From Macrostomum hystrix (taxonomy: Eukaryota > Animalia > Platyhelminthes), in the NCBI GenBank assembly GCA_950097015.1, contig CATNEN010000039.1, positions 2,232,001 through 2,296,000 on the forward strand: 64,000 nt of DNA. The letters run 5' to 3'. The notes under the pieces are model-generated. The model was not told the DNA's origin. It saw only the letters and a list, made by a program, of their open reading frames with translations, and did not search any database. Numbering within the stretch: the first letter of the stretch is position 1; each line of letters begins with the position of its first letter. Below, piece by piece: positions 38,760 to 50,920 of this stretch. Position numbers and translations under genes: made by a program.

Positions 38760-38781
38760 GCTGTCTGTCTGTCTGTCTGTG

Positions 38782-38812
<31 letters not shown>

Positions 38813-38818
38813 GCTGGG

Positions 38819-38873
<55 letters not shown>

Positions 38874-38895
38874 GCTGTCTGTCTGTCTGTCTGTG

Positions 38896-38926
<31 letters not shown>

Positions 38927-38969
38927 GCTGGGTGTCTGTCTGTCTGTCTGTCTGTCTGTCAGTGCTGGG

Positions 38970-39000
<31 letters not shown>

Positions 39001-39075
39001 GTGCTGGGTGTCTGTCTGTCTGTCTGTCTGTCTGTGTGTGTGCTGGGTGTCTGTCTGTCTGTCTGTCTGTCTGTC
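38537..39075. repeat. (CTGT)n microsatellite with GTGCTGGGT interruptions
   Basis: Direct observation. Confidence 0.97.
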
Positions 39076-39192
39076 TTGAGCCTTGTCGTGCATATTATGA
39101 TTAAGGTAGTCCGGCAGTTGCTGTTGTGTCAGCTAGCCGCATCATAAAGTACATCTAAAGCCGTCCCCTGCCTGGCCCGCAGCCCAGCACAC

Positions 39193-42100
39193 ATGTGGCG
39201 CAAGCCGGTGTCCAAGTACAAGAATGCCCAGGCTATGGAGCAGGCCGGCCAGTCGGTCAAATTCGGCCAGGCCGGACTGCCCGCCAGCACCGAGTGTCCC
39301 GAGCTGGTCGCCTGCGCCCACGGCCTGCTGCTCGCCACCTGCGCCGGCCGGCTCTGTCTGTGGCGCCTCCTGGCCGACCTGCAGCCCGCCCTGCGCCCAG
39401 TGACCGGTGTCTCCGGTGAGGGGATAGATCAAGGGGAAAAGAGAAGTGGATAGAGGGTAGAGAATTAGATGGGGGAAGAGAAGTAGATAAAAGGGAGGCA
39501 GTTAGATAGAAGGGAGAGCCAGATAGGGCGGGTGGATGAAAGGGCTGGGCAGATAGAGCGGGTGGATAGAAAGAAGAGATATTATGGCAGGTTGATAGGG
39601 CTTTTTTAGCAAATTTCGCACCTTAAGGTCCTCTCCTTCAGGTGCTCTGTCTGACCTGCAGCTCAGTCCGTTCAATGCCGACGCGCCGCTCGGCGCCGCA
39701 GTTACAGCCGACGGCCGCCTCGCCCTCTTTTCTGTGTCGCCCTCGCCGTCCGCTGCACCAGTTGGCGACGAGGTCACCCTCCGTTCAACGCTCGACTGCA
39801 CTCAAGACGGTGATGTGTTCAAACGACTGCAGTTCTCGCCGTCAGCCAATCACCTTGTGGCTGTCGCCTCGCCGTCTCGCCTTACCTTCGTAGACGTTGA
39901 AGTCGGCAGGTCAATTTTTAGCGTAGACGTCAATCTTGACAATGCGATTCATTCCATTGCTTGGACTTCGGACAGCGGCCAACTCGCCGCTTCGTCCGGA
40001 CACGCCGTCCGGCTGTGGGATCCGCGAGCTCCGGCTGCGCCGGGCGCGAGCTGGAGAGCGCCGGGCTTGTCCGCCGGTCAACCGAGTCGCGCCCACTGCC
40101 TGGCGAGGCCCGGCGGCGGTCCGCCTCTCATCGCTTTGAGCGGCCTGGATTCGGCGGGACGCGAGCGCCGGCTCTGCCTTTGGGACCTGCGAGCCTCCGA
40201 CGCAGCCGCCTGCGAGTCTCTCGGGCGAGCCGGACGGCGAGGCGGCGAGGCGGCGAGGCTGCTGGCCGACTCGCACACCGGGATGTTGTTTTGGGCCGCT
40301 CCGGTGAGTTGGACCAGCAATGACTGACAACCTTGGAATTGGCCTTGTCAGCTTCAGAATGCCTAGACGAACGGGAGATGTAGAGTGAAAGGGGGAGAGG
40401 TAGAGTGAAGGGGGGAGAGGTAGAGTGAAAGGAGGAGAGGTGGAGTGAAAAGGGGAGAGGTGGAGTGAAAAGGGGAGAGGTGGAGTGAAAGGGGGAGAGG
40501 TGGAGTGAAAAGGGGAGAGGTGGAGTGAAAGGGGAGAGGTGGAGTGAAAGGGGGGAGAGGTGGAGTGAAAAGGGGAGAGGTGGAGTGAAAGGGGGAGAGG
40601 TGGAGGGAAATGGGAGAGGTGAAGAGAGAAGGAAGGTGAGTTTCAACTGTCGAAACTGTCGAAACAGAGGTAGAGTGAAAGGAGGAGAGGTAGAGTGAAA
40701 GGAGGAGAGGTAGAGTGAAAGGGGGAGAGGTGGAGTGAAAAGGGGAGAGGTGGAGTGAAAAGGGGAGAGGTGGAGTGAAAGGGGAGAGGTGGAGTGAAAG
40801 GGGGGAGAGGTGGAGTGAAAAGGGGAGAGGTGGAGTGAAAGGGGGAGAGGTGGAGGGAAAAGGGGAGAGGTGGAGTGAAAGGGGGAGAGGTGGAGGGAAA
40901 TGGGAGAGGTGAAGAGAGAAGGAAGGTGAGTTGCAACTGTCGAAACAGTCAAAACTGTCGAAACTGTCGAAACAGAGGTAGAGTGAAAGGAGGAGAGGTG
41001 GAGTGAAGGAAGAAGAGAGAAGGAAGGTGAGTTACAACTGTCGAAGCAAAGGCAAATTAAGATAATTGGTGCTTAAATATTAAGAAATTGGTGGGGCCAT
41101 AAATAGGAGAAGTGATACATAAGGTTAGCGTCTGTAAAGATTCAAATTTCGCAATATTCATTTTCCGGATTTTCAAACTTTGCAACGAAATTTGCTCAGG
41201 GTGACGAGTCGCTGACCTACGCGGAGCTGGAGGGTCCCGACAACAAGCTGGGCTTCGCCATTCGTGAGTTTCGCTTGGACGTCTAAAAGTAGACAATGAG
41301 AAGGGAAGTTTGCTAATTCTAATAAGTTTATCGATTGCCAGGCGATCGCTTTCTGTTGCCGGCGGACGAGCAGTTGAACGATCTGGCTCTGGTGGACAAG
41401 TTTAGCCTTGACGTTGGCGCCTGCGAGGTTAACCGCGTTGCCATAGTAACTAGCAAGTCTGTGCGCCTTGTCAGCTATCGAGTGCCGAGAAAGGTGCGAA
41501 TGCCTTCCATTGTGATCCCACATGTCGATTGTGATCCCACATGTCCATTGTGATCCCAAATGTCCATTGTGATCCCAAATGTCCATTGTGATCCCACATG
41601 TCCATTGTGATCCCACATGTCCGTTGTGATCCCACATGCCCATTGTGATCCCACAGACGGTGTCCAGCTTCCACGCGGATCTTTTCCCCGACTGTCCGGG
41701 TCGCCAGCCGGCCATGTCGCCCGCTGATTGGCTGGCCGGTCGAGTCGCCCAGGCGCCGCTGGAGTCGCTGGACCCGACGGCAAGAGCGCGAGTTGCCGCC
41801 TGCCCGGCTGTGAAGTCTGACGCAGCCGCAATGGATCAGCCGGCCAGTGACGCAGCGATGACTGCGGCATCTACGACCGCGTCAACGGCCACGACTGCAA
41901 CTTTGCCATTGCCATCGCCGCACGTCGGCGATCTGAATGGACTAGAGCGGGCCACCAAGCTGCGCAACGTGGCCACGGCGATTGGCCAGCGCGGCACCTG
42001 GCTGACAGAGCTGCGGCCGCTGTTGAAGCTCGACCTGCCGCCGGAGGCGGAGCCCCTGGCTGCCACGGATCGCTGGCTGGCGCTGCCCGTTGCCGGGCCG

Positions 42101-45100
42101 GGCGGGCGGGTCTTGGCTCTGCCCGCCCGTCTGGCGGCCACCACCGGCGGTCGCGTCGACTCGCTGCCCGGCCGTCGGCTACTCCGGCACGAAGGCGCCG
42201 GTGTCAATGCGCTCGCTTTTGAACCGTTCGACAGCCAGCAGAAGCAGCAGCGGCTGGCCGTGGCGCTGGACACCGGCGCTGTTGTTGTTTGGCGACTCCC
42301 CGATCCAGACGAGCAGCAGGACCAGGGCGAGACCGATTGGAATGCGGGCAGCGACGCAGGAGACGACGTCGGTGAGTTCTGTGAGACGGGCAGTGGGGTG
42401 TAGCGCTGCATTGCATTGAACGAGGACTCATTTTTTATGGCTTTGTTCCTCAGTCAACGCAGACTCCGAGCCTCGTTACCGACGCCTTCGCGGCCATCTG
42501 GTCCGGGCCCTCCTCCTAGCCTGGCATCCGCGGGCCTCCGACATCCTGGCCAGCGTGGCCGCGGATGGCGAGGTCCGCATTTGGAACCTCGGCGACGTCG
42601 GAGCCAATGCTGTCCTGGCTTCAACGGCGCCTTCGCCCGCTGTTGCCGCCTGTTGGAGCCAGTGCGGCCGCCGGCTGCTGTTGCTCGGCCGGGACGGTCG
42701 GCTTCACGCGCTGTCCTTCACCAATGGCGAAGGCTTCTGGAGTTCGAGTCCCGGTTCGGTGGCCGGACTGAAGCAGCCGCTGCGGGCGGGTCGCCTGGCT
42801 TCCGTGCTGCGCTCTGGGGCGGCTCTGGTGAGCGGATTCGCTGCGAACAATGCCTCTGCTAGGCGATTGGCTCTGGTTCGGCTGAGCGATGCCGACTGCG
42901 ACGTCGATGCTGAAGCCAAGGGTGACGTCTGGGCGCAGGTATGGCTGAGATTTTCTAACATTCTTAAGTCATCGATTATGTCATGTTATTCACTACGTTA
43001 CGTCATCGACTGTCTTAGATAGTGCCGTCACCTTTTCGTGACGTAATCCACGTGTGATGGCTAGCACTTCTGTTTTTATTAGTTTACTATATCCTTAGCT
43101 CCTCTCGCAATTATGTAGATGTATTTCGACTCTCCTAATGTCAACAGGTTGGCGAGTGCGTCGACTTCACCGACGGTGGGACGGCGCCCCTCAGCCTGGC
43201 CGCAGATACCGATCTGCTCCTGGTCACGTGCTGGTCGCGCGGAGATCGAACCCTGGCTCACCTGACCGTCGGCTGGGACTGCGGCGTGGCGCCCCTACTC
43301 GGCTCCGACTATCGCGACTCGCGCGCCCTGGTTGGCGCCGCCTGGCTAACGAAGCGCGCCTGCGACGTCGCCCGCATTGAGGTGGCGCGCGGCTTCCGGC
43401 TGACAGCAGAAGGCACTCTGGAGACAGTCGGGGTCACCGTCCCGCGAGTCTGCGACCAGCTGTTCCAGGTGGGCTTATCCCGCTTTGCTATTCAATGCCC
43501 CACATTCCCCTTCTTGGATTCAAAATCCCACATTCCCCTTCTTGGATTCAAGATGCCACATTCTCCTTCTTAGATTCAAGATCCCACATTCTCCTTCTTG
43601 GATTCAAGATCCCACATTCCCCTTCTTGGATTCAAAATCCCACATTCCCCTTCTTGGATTCAAGATCCCACATTCCCCTTCTTAAATTCAAGATCCCACA
43701 TTCCCCTTCTTGGATTCAAGATCCCACATTCCCCTTCTTGGATTCAAGATCCCACATTCTCCTTCTTGGATTCAAGATCCCACATTCCCCTTCTTGAATT
43801 CAAAATCCCACATTCCCCTTCTTGGATTCAAGATCCCACATTCTCCTTGGATTCAAGATCCCACATTCCCCTTCTTGGATTCAAGATCCCACATTCTCCT
43901 TCTTGGATTCAAGATCCCACATTCCCCTTCTTGGATTCAAAATCCCACATTCCCCTTATTGGATTCAAAATCCCGCATTCCCCTTCTTGGATTCAAAATC
44001 CCACATTCTCCTTGGATTCAAGATCCCACATTCCCCTTCTTGGATTCAAGATCCCACATTCTCCTTCTTGGATTCAAGATCCCACATTCCCCTTCTTGGA
44101 TTCAAAATCCCACATTCTCCTTCTTGGATTCAAGATCCCACATTCCCCTTCTTGGATTCAAAATCCCACATTCCCCTTCTTGGATTCAAAATCCCGCATT
44201 CCCCTTCTTGGATTCAAAATCCCACATTCTCCTTGGATTCAAGATCCCACATTCCCCTTCTTGGATTCAAGATCCCACATTCCCCTTCTTGGATTCAAAA
44301 TCCCACATTCCCCTTCTTGGATTAAAGATCCCACATTCTCCTTGGATTCAAGATCCCACATTCCCCTTCTTGGATTCAAGATCCCACATTCCCATTCTTT
44401 TTCTTAAGATCCCACATTCAAGATCCCACATTCAAGATCCCACATTCAAGATCCCACATTCCCCTTCTTGGATTCAAGATCCCACATTCCCATTCTTTTT
44501 CTTAAGATCCCACATTCAAGATCCCACATTCCCCTTCTTGGATTCAAGATCCCACATTCCCCTTCTTGGATTCAAGATCCCACATTCCCCTTCTTGGATT
44601 CAAGATCCCACATTCCCATTCTTTTTCTTAAGATCCCACATTCAAGATCCCACATTCAAGATCCCACATTCAAGATCCCACATTCCACATTTTCCTTAAA
44701 AAATCTCAAATCCCACTTTGATTCGAGTTATGTGACAAAGATCGAGATAACTTATTTAATCCCACTTTTCTGGTCGATTCCAGGACGACCTCCTGAGCCG
44801 CTGCTCCGTCACTTGGCAGCCGAGCTGCTCGGCCGCTGATTGGCTTACAGATCCGACCGCCGGTGGGCCGCTAAATTGGCCCGTCGTCTCCCTACAGCCT
44901 GGGGGCATGCAGAGCGTCAGCCAGGCGGCCGCCGACCCCCGGCTTCGGCAGCAGCAGCAGCAGCAGCAGCAAAAGTCGTCGGCTCCAGTTCGCAAATTCG
45001 AGGCCCTTCAGCTGGACCTGGAGCAGCAGCAGCAGCAGAAGGAGGCTGAGCTGGTTTCCGCCATGCTGGCCAACGTGCAGGCGGACACCGGCCCGCTGCC

Positions 45101-45149
45101 CCAGGACCTGATGGAGGGCGCGGATTCAGACGAGTGGAGCGACGACTAG
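39193..45149 (+). CDS. CORO7: Coronin-7 / POD-1 tandem coronin (8 exons, ~995 aa)
   Basis: Exons 39193-39415, 39642-40303, 41200-41263, 41342-41493, 41657-42371, 42454-42938, 43148-43468, 44784-45149, with consistent phases. N-terminal VSKYKN motif, two WD40 propellers (LSDLQLSPF; GHLVRALLLAWHPRASDILAS), two coronin VPRK/VPRV...F(H/Q)xDL linkers, and an acidic Trp tail PLPQDLMEGADSDEWSDD typical of CORO7. Confidence 0.88.
40375..41045. repeat. Purine-rich ~20-bp minisatellite in CORO7 intron 2
   Basis: GAGAGGTGGAGTGAAAAGGG units. Confidence 0.95.
41505..41656. repeat. 19-bp minisatellite filling CORO7 intron 4
   Basis: TCCATTGTGATCCCACATG, about 8 copies; the last unit supplies the acceptor CCCACAG. 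Confidence 0.95.
43490..44690. repeat. 28-bp minisatellite in CORO7 intron 7
   Basis: GGATTCAAGATCCCACATTCCCCTTCTT units. Confidence 0.97.
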
Positions 45150-45224
45150 GGCGAGGAACTGGGGCGCTTGGAGATTGGACTAAACTAACTTTATGTGCTT
45201 GACTTACGGGTAGATATTTTTATA

Positions 45225-45530
45225 CGGACAGACTTGATTGTCCATGAAGTGCTTAGATTGTCCATAGACAGACATGACTGTCCATAGAATGACTAAATTG
45301 TCCATGGAGTGCTAAGATTGTCCATGGACAGACTTGACTGTCCATATAATGGCTAAATTGTCCGTGGAGTACTTTAATTGTCCATGGACAGACTTGACTG
45401 TCCATATAATGGCTAAAGTGTCCGTGGAGTACTTTAATTGTCCATGGACTGACTGACTGTCCATAGAATGACTAAATTGTCCATGGAGTGCTTGCATAAT
45501 CGATGAAGTGTCCATAGATTGTCCACAGAC
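45225..45530. repeat. Degenerate ~20/59-bp repeat in the CORO7 3' region
   Basis: TGTCCAT-containing units. Confidence 0.85.
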
Positions 45531-46599
45531 AGAATAACTTTGATGCCGCAGAGTTTTTTGGCAGATTTATTCCACCTAGGCAGACAGACAGGCAGCATGT
45601 TCAAGTCCAGTGTTCGCCTAATGACGGTGCTCGATTTTGTCTATTTCTAGCAATAAATCAATCTTGGTATTATTCTTGAGCCAAATTAGCAAGTTTAATA
45701 GGTAAAAATGCATTACGAATTCCTTGTTAATCAATATCCTGCTTAATTCTGCCACCGTTCAACTCATTCAATGCTTGCCCGCGCCACTAGCCGAGTTATG
45801 AAACTCTCTCTTGCACTTTAATGTTTTTTCAATACTTATCCTTTTATTGATTTTGAGTACATTTGCTTAGCCGTTTAGTTAACCAAGGACTCCTAAATGC
45901 TAGCGGCTGAAGGTCTGTTCGCCATAGCTTCTCGGATAGACCTTATAGTTGTTTGTTGAATCGCATTATAAATATGTACTTTTAACAAATATATATCCGC
46001 TATGCTGGACTATATAATTATATTTTATCATTAAGTATAGGAGCGAGGCTATTCGGCATTGTCTTTACTTGAATTTTTTTTCTAGTTCTGCATTGTAAGG
46101 GTTTTGTACAGAAAACAGTGTACAGTGCTGTACAGTGGAGTGGAGGGAGATAGCTGCAATTCTGAATTCTAATCCGCATCCAGCGATGAGGCCCATTGCG
46201 CTAACTCCTGAGCGCACACGCACTCAGATACTGAACGCAGGCTCTCACACATGTGTGTACAATCTTCCGTCTGCGTTCAGTCTTAATTTTCAGACCCAAG
46301 AACATCAGACGTACAAACATGTACATGCGCTGCATTTTGGATCCTAAAACTAGGTACTAGATCAGTGTGCATAAATAATTAATACGAGCAAGCTTACTGC
46401 CTGCTATCAGACAGCTGCTATTGTTCCATATTGTTCCTTACAAGCTGAAAGTCTCTATAGTCTGATTATACGAGCTATATGCTCTTTTCTAATATCAGAT
46501 TCTGCTTTAAAATAAAATTCACTTGTTAAGCTGTACTGGTCTGTATTGGTAATTCGTCAACTGCTGTGGCAGGTAAGTGTAAGGAGGACCACTGACTGT

Positions 46600-46887
46600 T
46601 CACTGTTTACTTGCTGACTGGTGTTTACTTGCTGGCTGTGGTGTTTACCTGCTGACTGTGGTGTTTACCTGCTGACTGTGGTGTTTACCTGCTGACTGTG
46701 GTGTTTACCTGCTGGCTGTGGTGTTTACCTGCTGGCTGTGGTGTTTACCTGCTGACTGTGGTGTTTACCTGCTGACTGGTGTTTACTTGCTGACTGTGGT
46801 GTTTACCTGCTGGCTGTGGTGTTTACCTGCTGGCTGTGGTGTTTACCTGCTGACTGTGGTGTTTACCTGCTGACTGTGGTGTTTACT
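46600..46887. repeat. 20-bp minisatellite
   Basis: GCTGACTGTGGTGTTTACCT units. Confidence 0.95.
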
Positions 46888-47302
46888 TTGTCCACTTTAA
46901 AGTGTTGCATTTGAAGAACTGAACAATGAACTCAATTATGTGCTCAAATATAAAGATTCAATAAATCTAATTCACGGCTGCCCTCTATTACTTTGCAAAT
47001 GGAGAAGCATAAAAACAACCGCCAACATTGCAAGCCATCCTGTATCTCATTGCTGAGTTTGGATCAGACTGAATCACCTCAAGATCAACTTCATGCCAGC
47101 TGCTTCAGCCAGACGGTTCTGTCATCGCCGCTCGGATCGCTCCAACCTGGCGTTCATATTCTCTGCCGTCAACATGTTTGCCAAGATACATTGTTAAAAT
47201 TGAATTTGTTTTCTGCTTTCATTCCTTCTGCTTTCAATAATTATTGCTCGCATTAGTGCTGATTGTGAAACTTGTTTACTTATTCTCTCAAGCGTTTTTT
47301 CA

Positions 47303-48115
47303 ATGCTTTCGCTGCCTGACAACGCTGTGATAATCGTCGTCAGCGTTATCCGCTACATTTCGCCAACTCTAAACCGACGCCTGAAGCCGCTGATCGAGTC
47401 GCCTTCCACCTGGCTGGATGCCTGCGAGTGCCTCACGGCTTGTCTGGTCCTCCTGTCCTCCGCTGCGAGTCCTTACTTCGCCAGCTTCGAGGCGCGTAAA
47501 TCGTCGTTCCACGGCCACTGGACGCCGTCTGACGCAGACGACCTGGCTGAGAGCGGCTTCTATTGCGCAGACGGCGGTGAAGGCGTCGTGAAGTGCTTCT
47601 ACTGCGGTCTGGAAATCGCGGACTGGAGATCTGCCGGATCCGATGAGTCGGCAGACCAGAAGCACGCCAGGTCGAGTCGTGTGCGCGAAGTGTGCTTCTT
47701 TCTCAAGAGCTCTAGAGGCCTGGACTGGGTGATCAGGCATTCTTGCCAGCCATTGAGGCAGTCTTACCCTGCTGAGTACATCCGCCAGGACCACGGCCAG
47801 CTGCTCGAGAGGCTGTACGAAAGACTGCTGTCTGGCCCTGGGAACATTGTGCGACGATTGGGATTCAGCGACACCAAGGTGCTGCTGTGTATCGCCAGGG
47901 AACGCATTCTCCACGGCAAGGAGCTGACAAAATGGGAGCTGCTGGACCAGATGCAAAGCGAGTGGGGCAGGGAGCTGGCAGGAGGGACACAGAACTTCGT
48001 TGGCTGCTTCGAGCTCGCCGAGGCTGTGAAATCCCTTTTCGATAGCGAGAATGCGACTAGCAATCGTGCAGCCCAGCCGCAGCAAATCTCAGCACTGCTC
48101 GACTGGCATCAGTAG
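47303..48115 (+). CDS. Divergent BIR-domain (IAP family) protein with a UBA-like segment, no RING; 270 aa
   Basis: BIR signature FEARKSSF...W...DLAESGFY...VKCFYCGLEIADW...KHAR...C. The downstream IVRRLGFSDTKV...ERILHGKEL...WELLDQM resembles the IAP UBA domain. The start codon is uncertain. A likely 5'UTR donor (CAG|GTAAGT) lies at 46572/46573. Confidence 0.75.
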   Translation: MLSLPDNAVIIVVSVIRYISPTLNRRLKPLIESPSTWLDACECLTACLVLLSSAASPYFASFEARKSSFHGHWTPSDADDLAESGFYCADGGEGVVKCFYCGLEIADWRSAGSDESADQKHARSSRVREVCFFLKSSRGLDWVIRHSCQPLRQSYPAEYIRQDHGQLLERLYERLLSGPGNIVRRLGFSDTKVLLCIARERILHGKELTKWELLDQMQSEWGRELAGGTQNFVGCFELAEAVKSLFDSENATSNRAAQPQQISALLDWHQ

Positions 48116-48431
48116 GTCCGACAGTGACTATTCCGTTTTTCTTCTTCATGTAAGAGTGTTAATGAAAATCTAAAAATAATTCTCGTTAATCATTTTTTCC
48201 TTTTTGTTCAATTTCTGTTTTTCAATTTATCTATCGCAAGTACGAGCGCTTTTTTAAATCTTGCTAAAAACAAGGACAACTAGAAGAAGAAGGACGGGAC
48301 ACTTCGTTTCTAGGAAAATTTATTAAAGGCAATTTTTTTAGAAATGAACTTAAATAAAATGAAGAACTATTAGTCATTAATGAATCTTCGGTGAAACATG
48401 TTTTGCTACATATATTAAAATAACAGCATTA

Positions 48432-49734
48432 CGAGGGTCACTCAGAAAGTCTTTAGCCTGAGACGAGACGCAGAAGCATGAAATTTGTCTATGGTAAAGA
48501 CCACCTTTTAAAAGTCTTATAGCTAAATTTTCAAACAGAAGCAGTTACTTTTGAGTCCACTGCAGTGAGCCAAAGTCAGTTCACCCCTTGCGCCGTTCAA
48601 TTGCACAATGAAGCTGGAAAATCGTGACTTCAGAGCTATGATGTACTTGCATTTCAAGCAAGGCAAGTCGCCGGCCGATTCATTTCAAACTTTACAATAC
48701 GTTTTCGCTCATCTGTGTCCTTCATACGCTAACCGTCAAAAACTGGTTCGCTGAGTTTCGCCGAGGTCGAGAAAGCCTCGAAGATGAGCATCGATCCGGG
48801 AGACCCTGCGACGCAGTGACCCCAGAAAATATCTGCGCTGTGTCCAGCATGATTGACGCTGACCGGCGAGTGACCTACCAGCAGATCCAGCAGGAGATGT
48901 GCATTGGATCGGGGAGTGTGCACACCATTCTGCACGAACACCTCGGAGTGCGGAAGCTGGCTTCCCGGTGGATCCCCCATCAGCTGTCGGACGTGCAGAG
49001 GGACACCCGGGTGGCTTGGTGCCGATTTATGCTGCAGAAATTCGAATCTGGGACCAGCCGGCGTATCTGGGACATCCTCACGGGAGATAAGACCTGGATT
49101 TATCAATACGACCCCGAAAACAAGCGCCAGTCATCCATGTGGACCTTCAGAGACGAGGACAGCCCAACCAAGTTTCGACGCAACCGGAGTGTCGGCAAGC
49201 AGATGGTGGCCTGCTTCTTCATGCGCACTGGACATGTGGCTTCTGTTTCACTGGAAGATCGCCGAACAGTCACCGCTGACTGGTACACAATGGTTTGCCT
49301 GCCCAAAGTTTTTTCTGCTGTGAGCCAGAGGCGCCCAAGGTGCGGAATGCGTGGGGTGCTTCTGCACCACGACAATGCCAGTGCGCACACGGCAGCTCAA
49401 ACTCTCGGGTTTCTGGCCGACTGTGGTGTCCAGCTGATGACTCACCCTGCGTACAGTCCAGACCTGGCACCGTGCGACTTTTTTTTATTCCCGAAGTGCA
49501 AGGAGATATTAAAGGGCCAGATTTTTTCTTCGCCGGAAGAAGCTGTGAATGAGTTCAAAGACGTCATCGGGGAGCTCCGGGATGAGGATTGGCGGCAGTG
49601 CTTCGACAGCTGGTTCCACAGGATGCAAGCCTGTATCAATGCGGGGGGAGAGTACTTTGAGCAGTTGTAATGGTTTTTTAGTTCATATGTTGCTGTTTTC
49701 TTGTTCAGGCTAAAGACTTTCTGAGTGACCCTCG
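48432..49734 (+). mobile_element. Full-length mariner (DD34D), TA TSD
   Basis: Perfect 30-bp TIRs CGAGGGTCACTCAGAAAGTCTTTAGCCTGA flanked by TA; length 1303 bp. Confidence 0.95.
48608..49670 (+). pseudogene. Mariner transposase with a single +1 frameshift near 48731
   Basis: ATG 48608 reads MKLENRDFRAMMY...PSYA, then an extra A, then TVKNWFAEFRRGRESLEDEHRSGRP...WIPHQL...TGDKTW...HHDNA-(34 aa)-YSPDLAPCDFFLF. Confidence 0.9.
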
Positions 49735-50920
49735 TAGATCTGCTTACAATAAAAGTTATAAACATTTTAATGTGAAAAAAGTGAAAAAAAAGATCCAGTC
49801 TGCGTGGGCGGCTGACTGCCTGGCTCCATGCTGTATTCGAGTGCAAGAAAAAGCGCATTTTTTCCGGATACAAAATCTGCCTTTCAGAAATTTTCCTAGA
49901 AACGAAGTGTCCCGTCCTTCTTCTTCTAGTGGTTCTTGGCTAAAAATCTCTCGTGATTTGTTTGTAAAAGACATTTCGCTTGCTTCATTAAATCTGCGAG
50001 ATCACATTAAACAAATTTCGAAAGTTCAAAACTAAACAGTCTAGTCTGCATTTATTCTTAAGAAATAGTAAGAAATAAGAAATGCAAGCAACTTTTTCAG
50101 AGTGAATTTAATCATGACCTCTTGTAAGAGTATTTCTGACGGTTGTTTTAGCTGTACTAACGGTAAAAAGAATTAAATTAAACCAGTCGAAGAGACTGAG
50201 ATTTCAGTACCCCGTGAGCCATCGGAAAACGGTTCATTGCATGGACTGAAGTTTCTATAAGCTAAACAGTGCGCAAAAAACATGAGAACAATAACAATTC
50301 ACTATGCGAACTCGCCTGACTCAAATGAATGAGTATTAATAATAGGCCTACCGCAGGTTCCTCTTCCTGGAAACTTCTTGTTCCTTTGACTCGTGCTCTA
50401 TCGACTCACCTCTCTTGGAGTGCTCTTTAATTGAAGAGTCGATGGCTCAAAAAGTCGCTTGTATTTATAGCTTTTCGAGGAAACCACCTATCAAGATCCT
50501 CTTTTTGATGAGTCTGACAGGTGGCTGTCCAGGTTGTCAAGGTTGTCACTTGTACTTAGTGACCCTTTATTTTTTGCATGGAAGCTATAGGTTACTACGT
50601 TTAACATTGATTGATGGATGACATGTCTATAATTGTGTCTCAGGTGTCACTGTCATGTCGGCAGATTCCTTTGATATAATCATAAGATGATTGACAAGCA
50701 GTTAAAACAGGTTTGTAGTTATTATCGGTTGCTTCATACCGTTGTGCGCATGATCATGCACTACATGTTCTCGTACTTGTAGACTACATGGAGTTTTGTT
50801 CTCATTTTACGTTACTTTACACAGTTGCATGCCAACTGCGTCGCTTAGTCGACATATTAGCCGACGACCCCGTTAAGTAAATTAGGGCTTTGTTAATGCG
50901 CAGCAGCAATGGCAAAATGC

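Larger units (their letters stand above)
48271..49938. mobile_element. P-element-like MITE (same family as 34876-35198), 8-bp TSD GCTAAAAA, carrying a nested mariner
   Basis: Same TIRs as the 34876 copy. TSD at 48263-48270 and 49939-49946. Confidence 0.88.

Noticed and set aside
36698-39147. Long ORFs (386, 440, 271, 215 aa etc.)
   Set aside because: They are open in several frames because they translate 31-bp and CTGT repeats.
43485-44839. Overlapping long ORFs
   Set aside because: They are translations of the 28-bp intronic repeat of CORO7.
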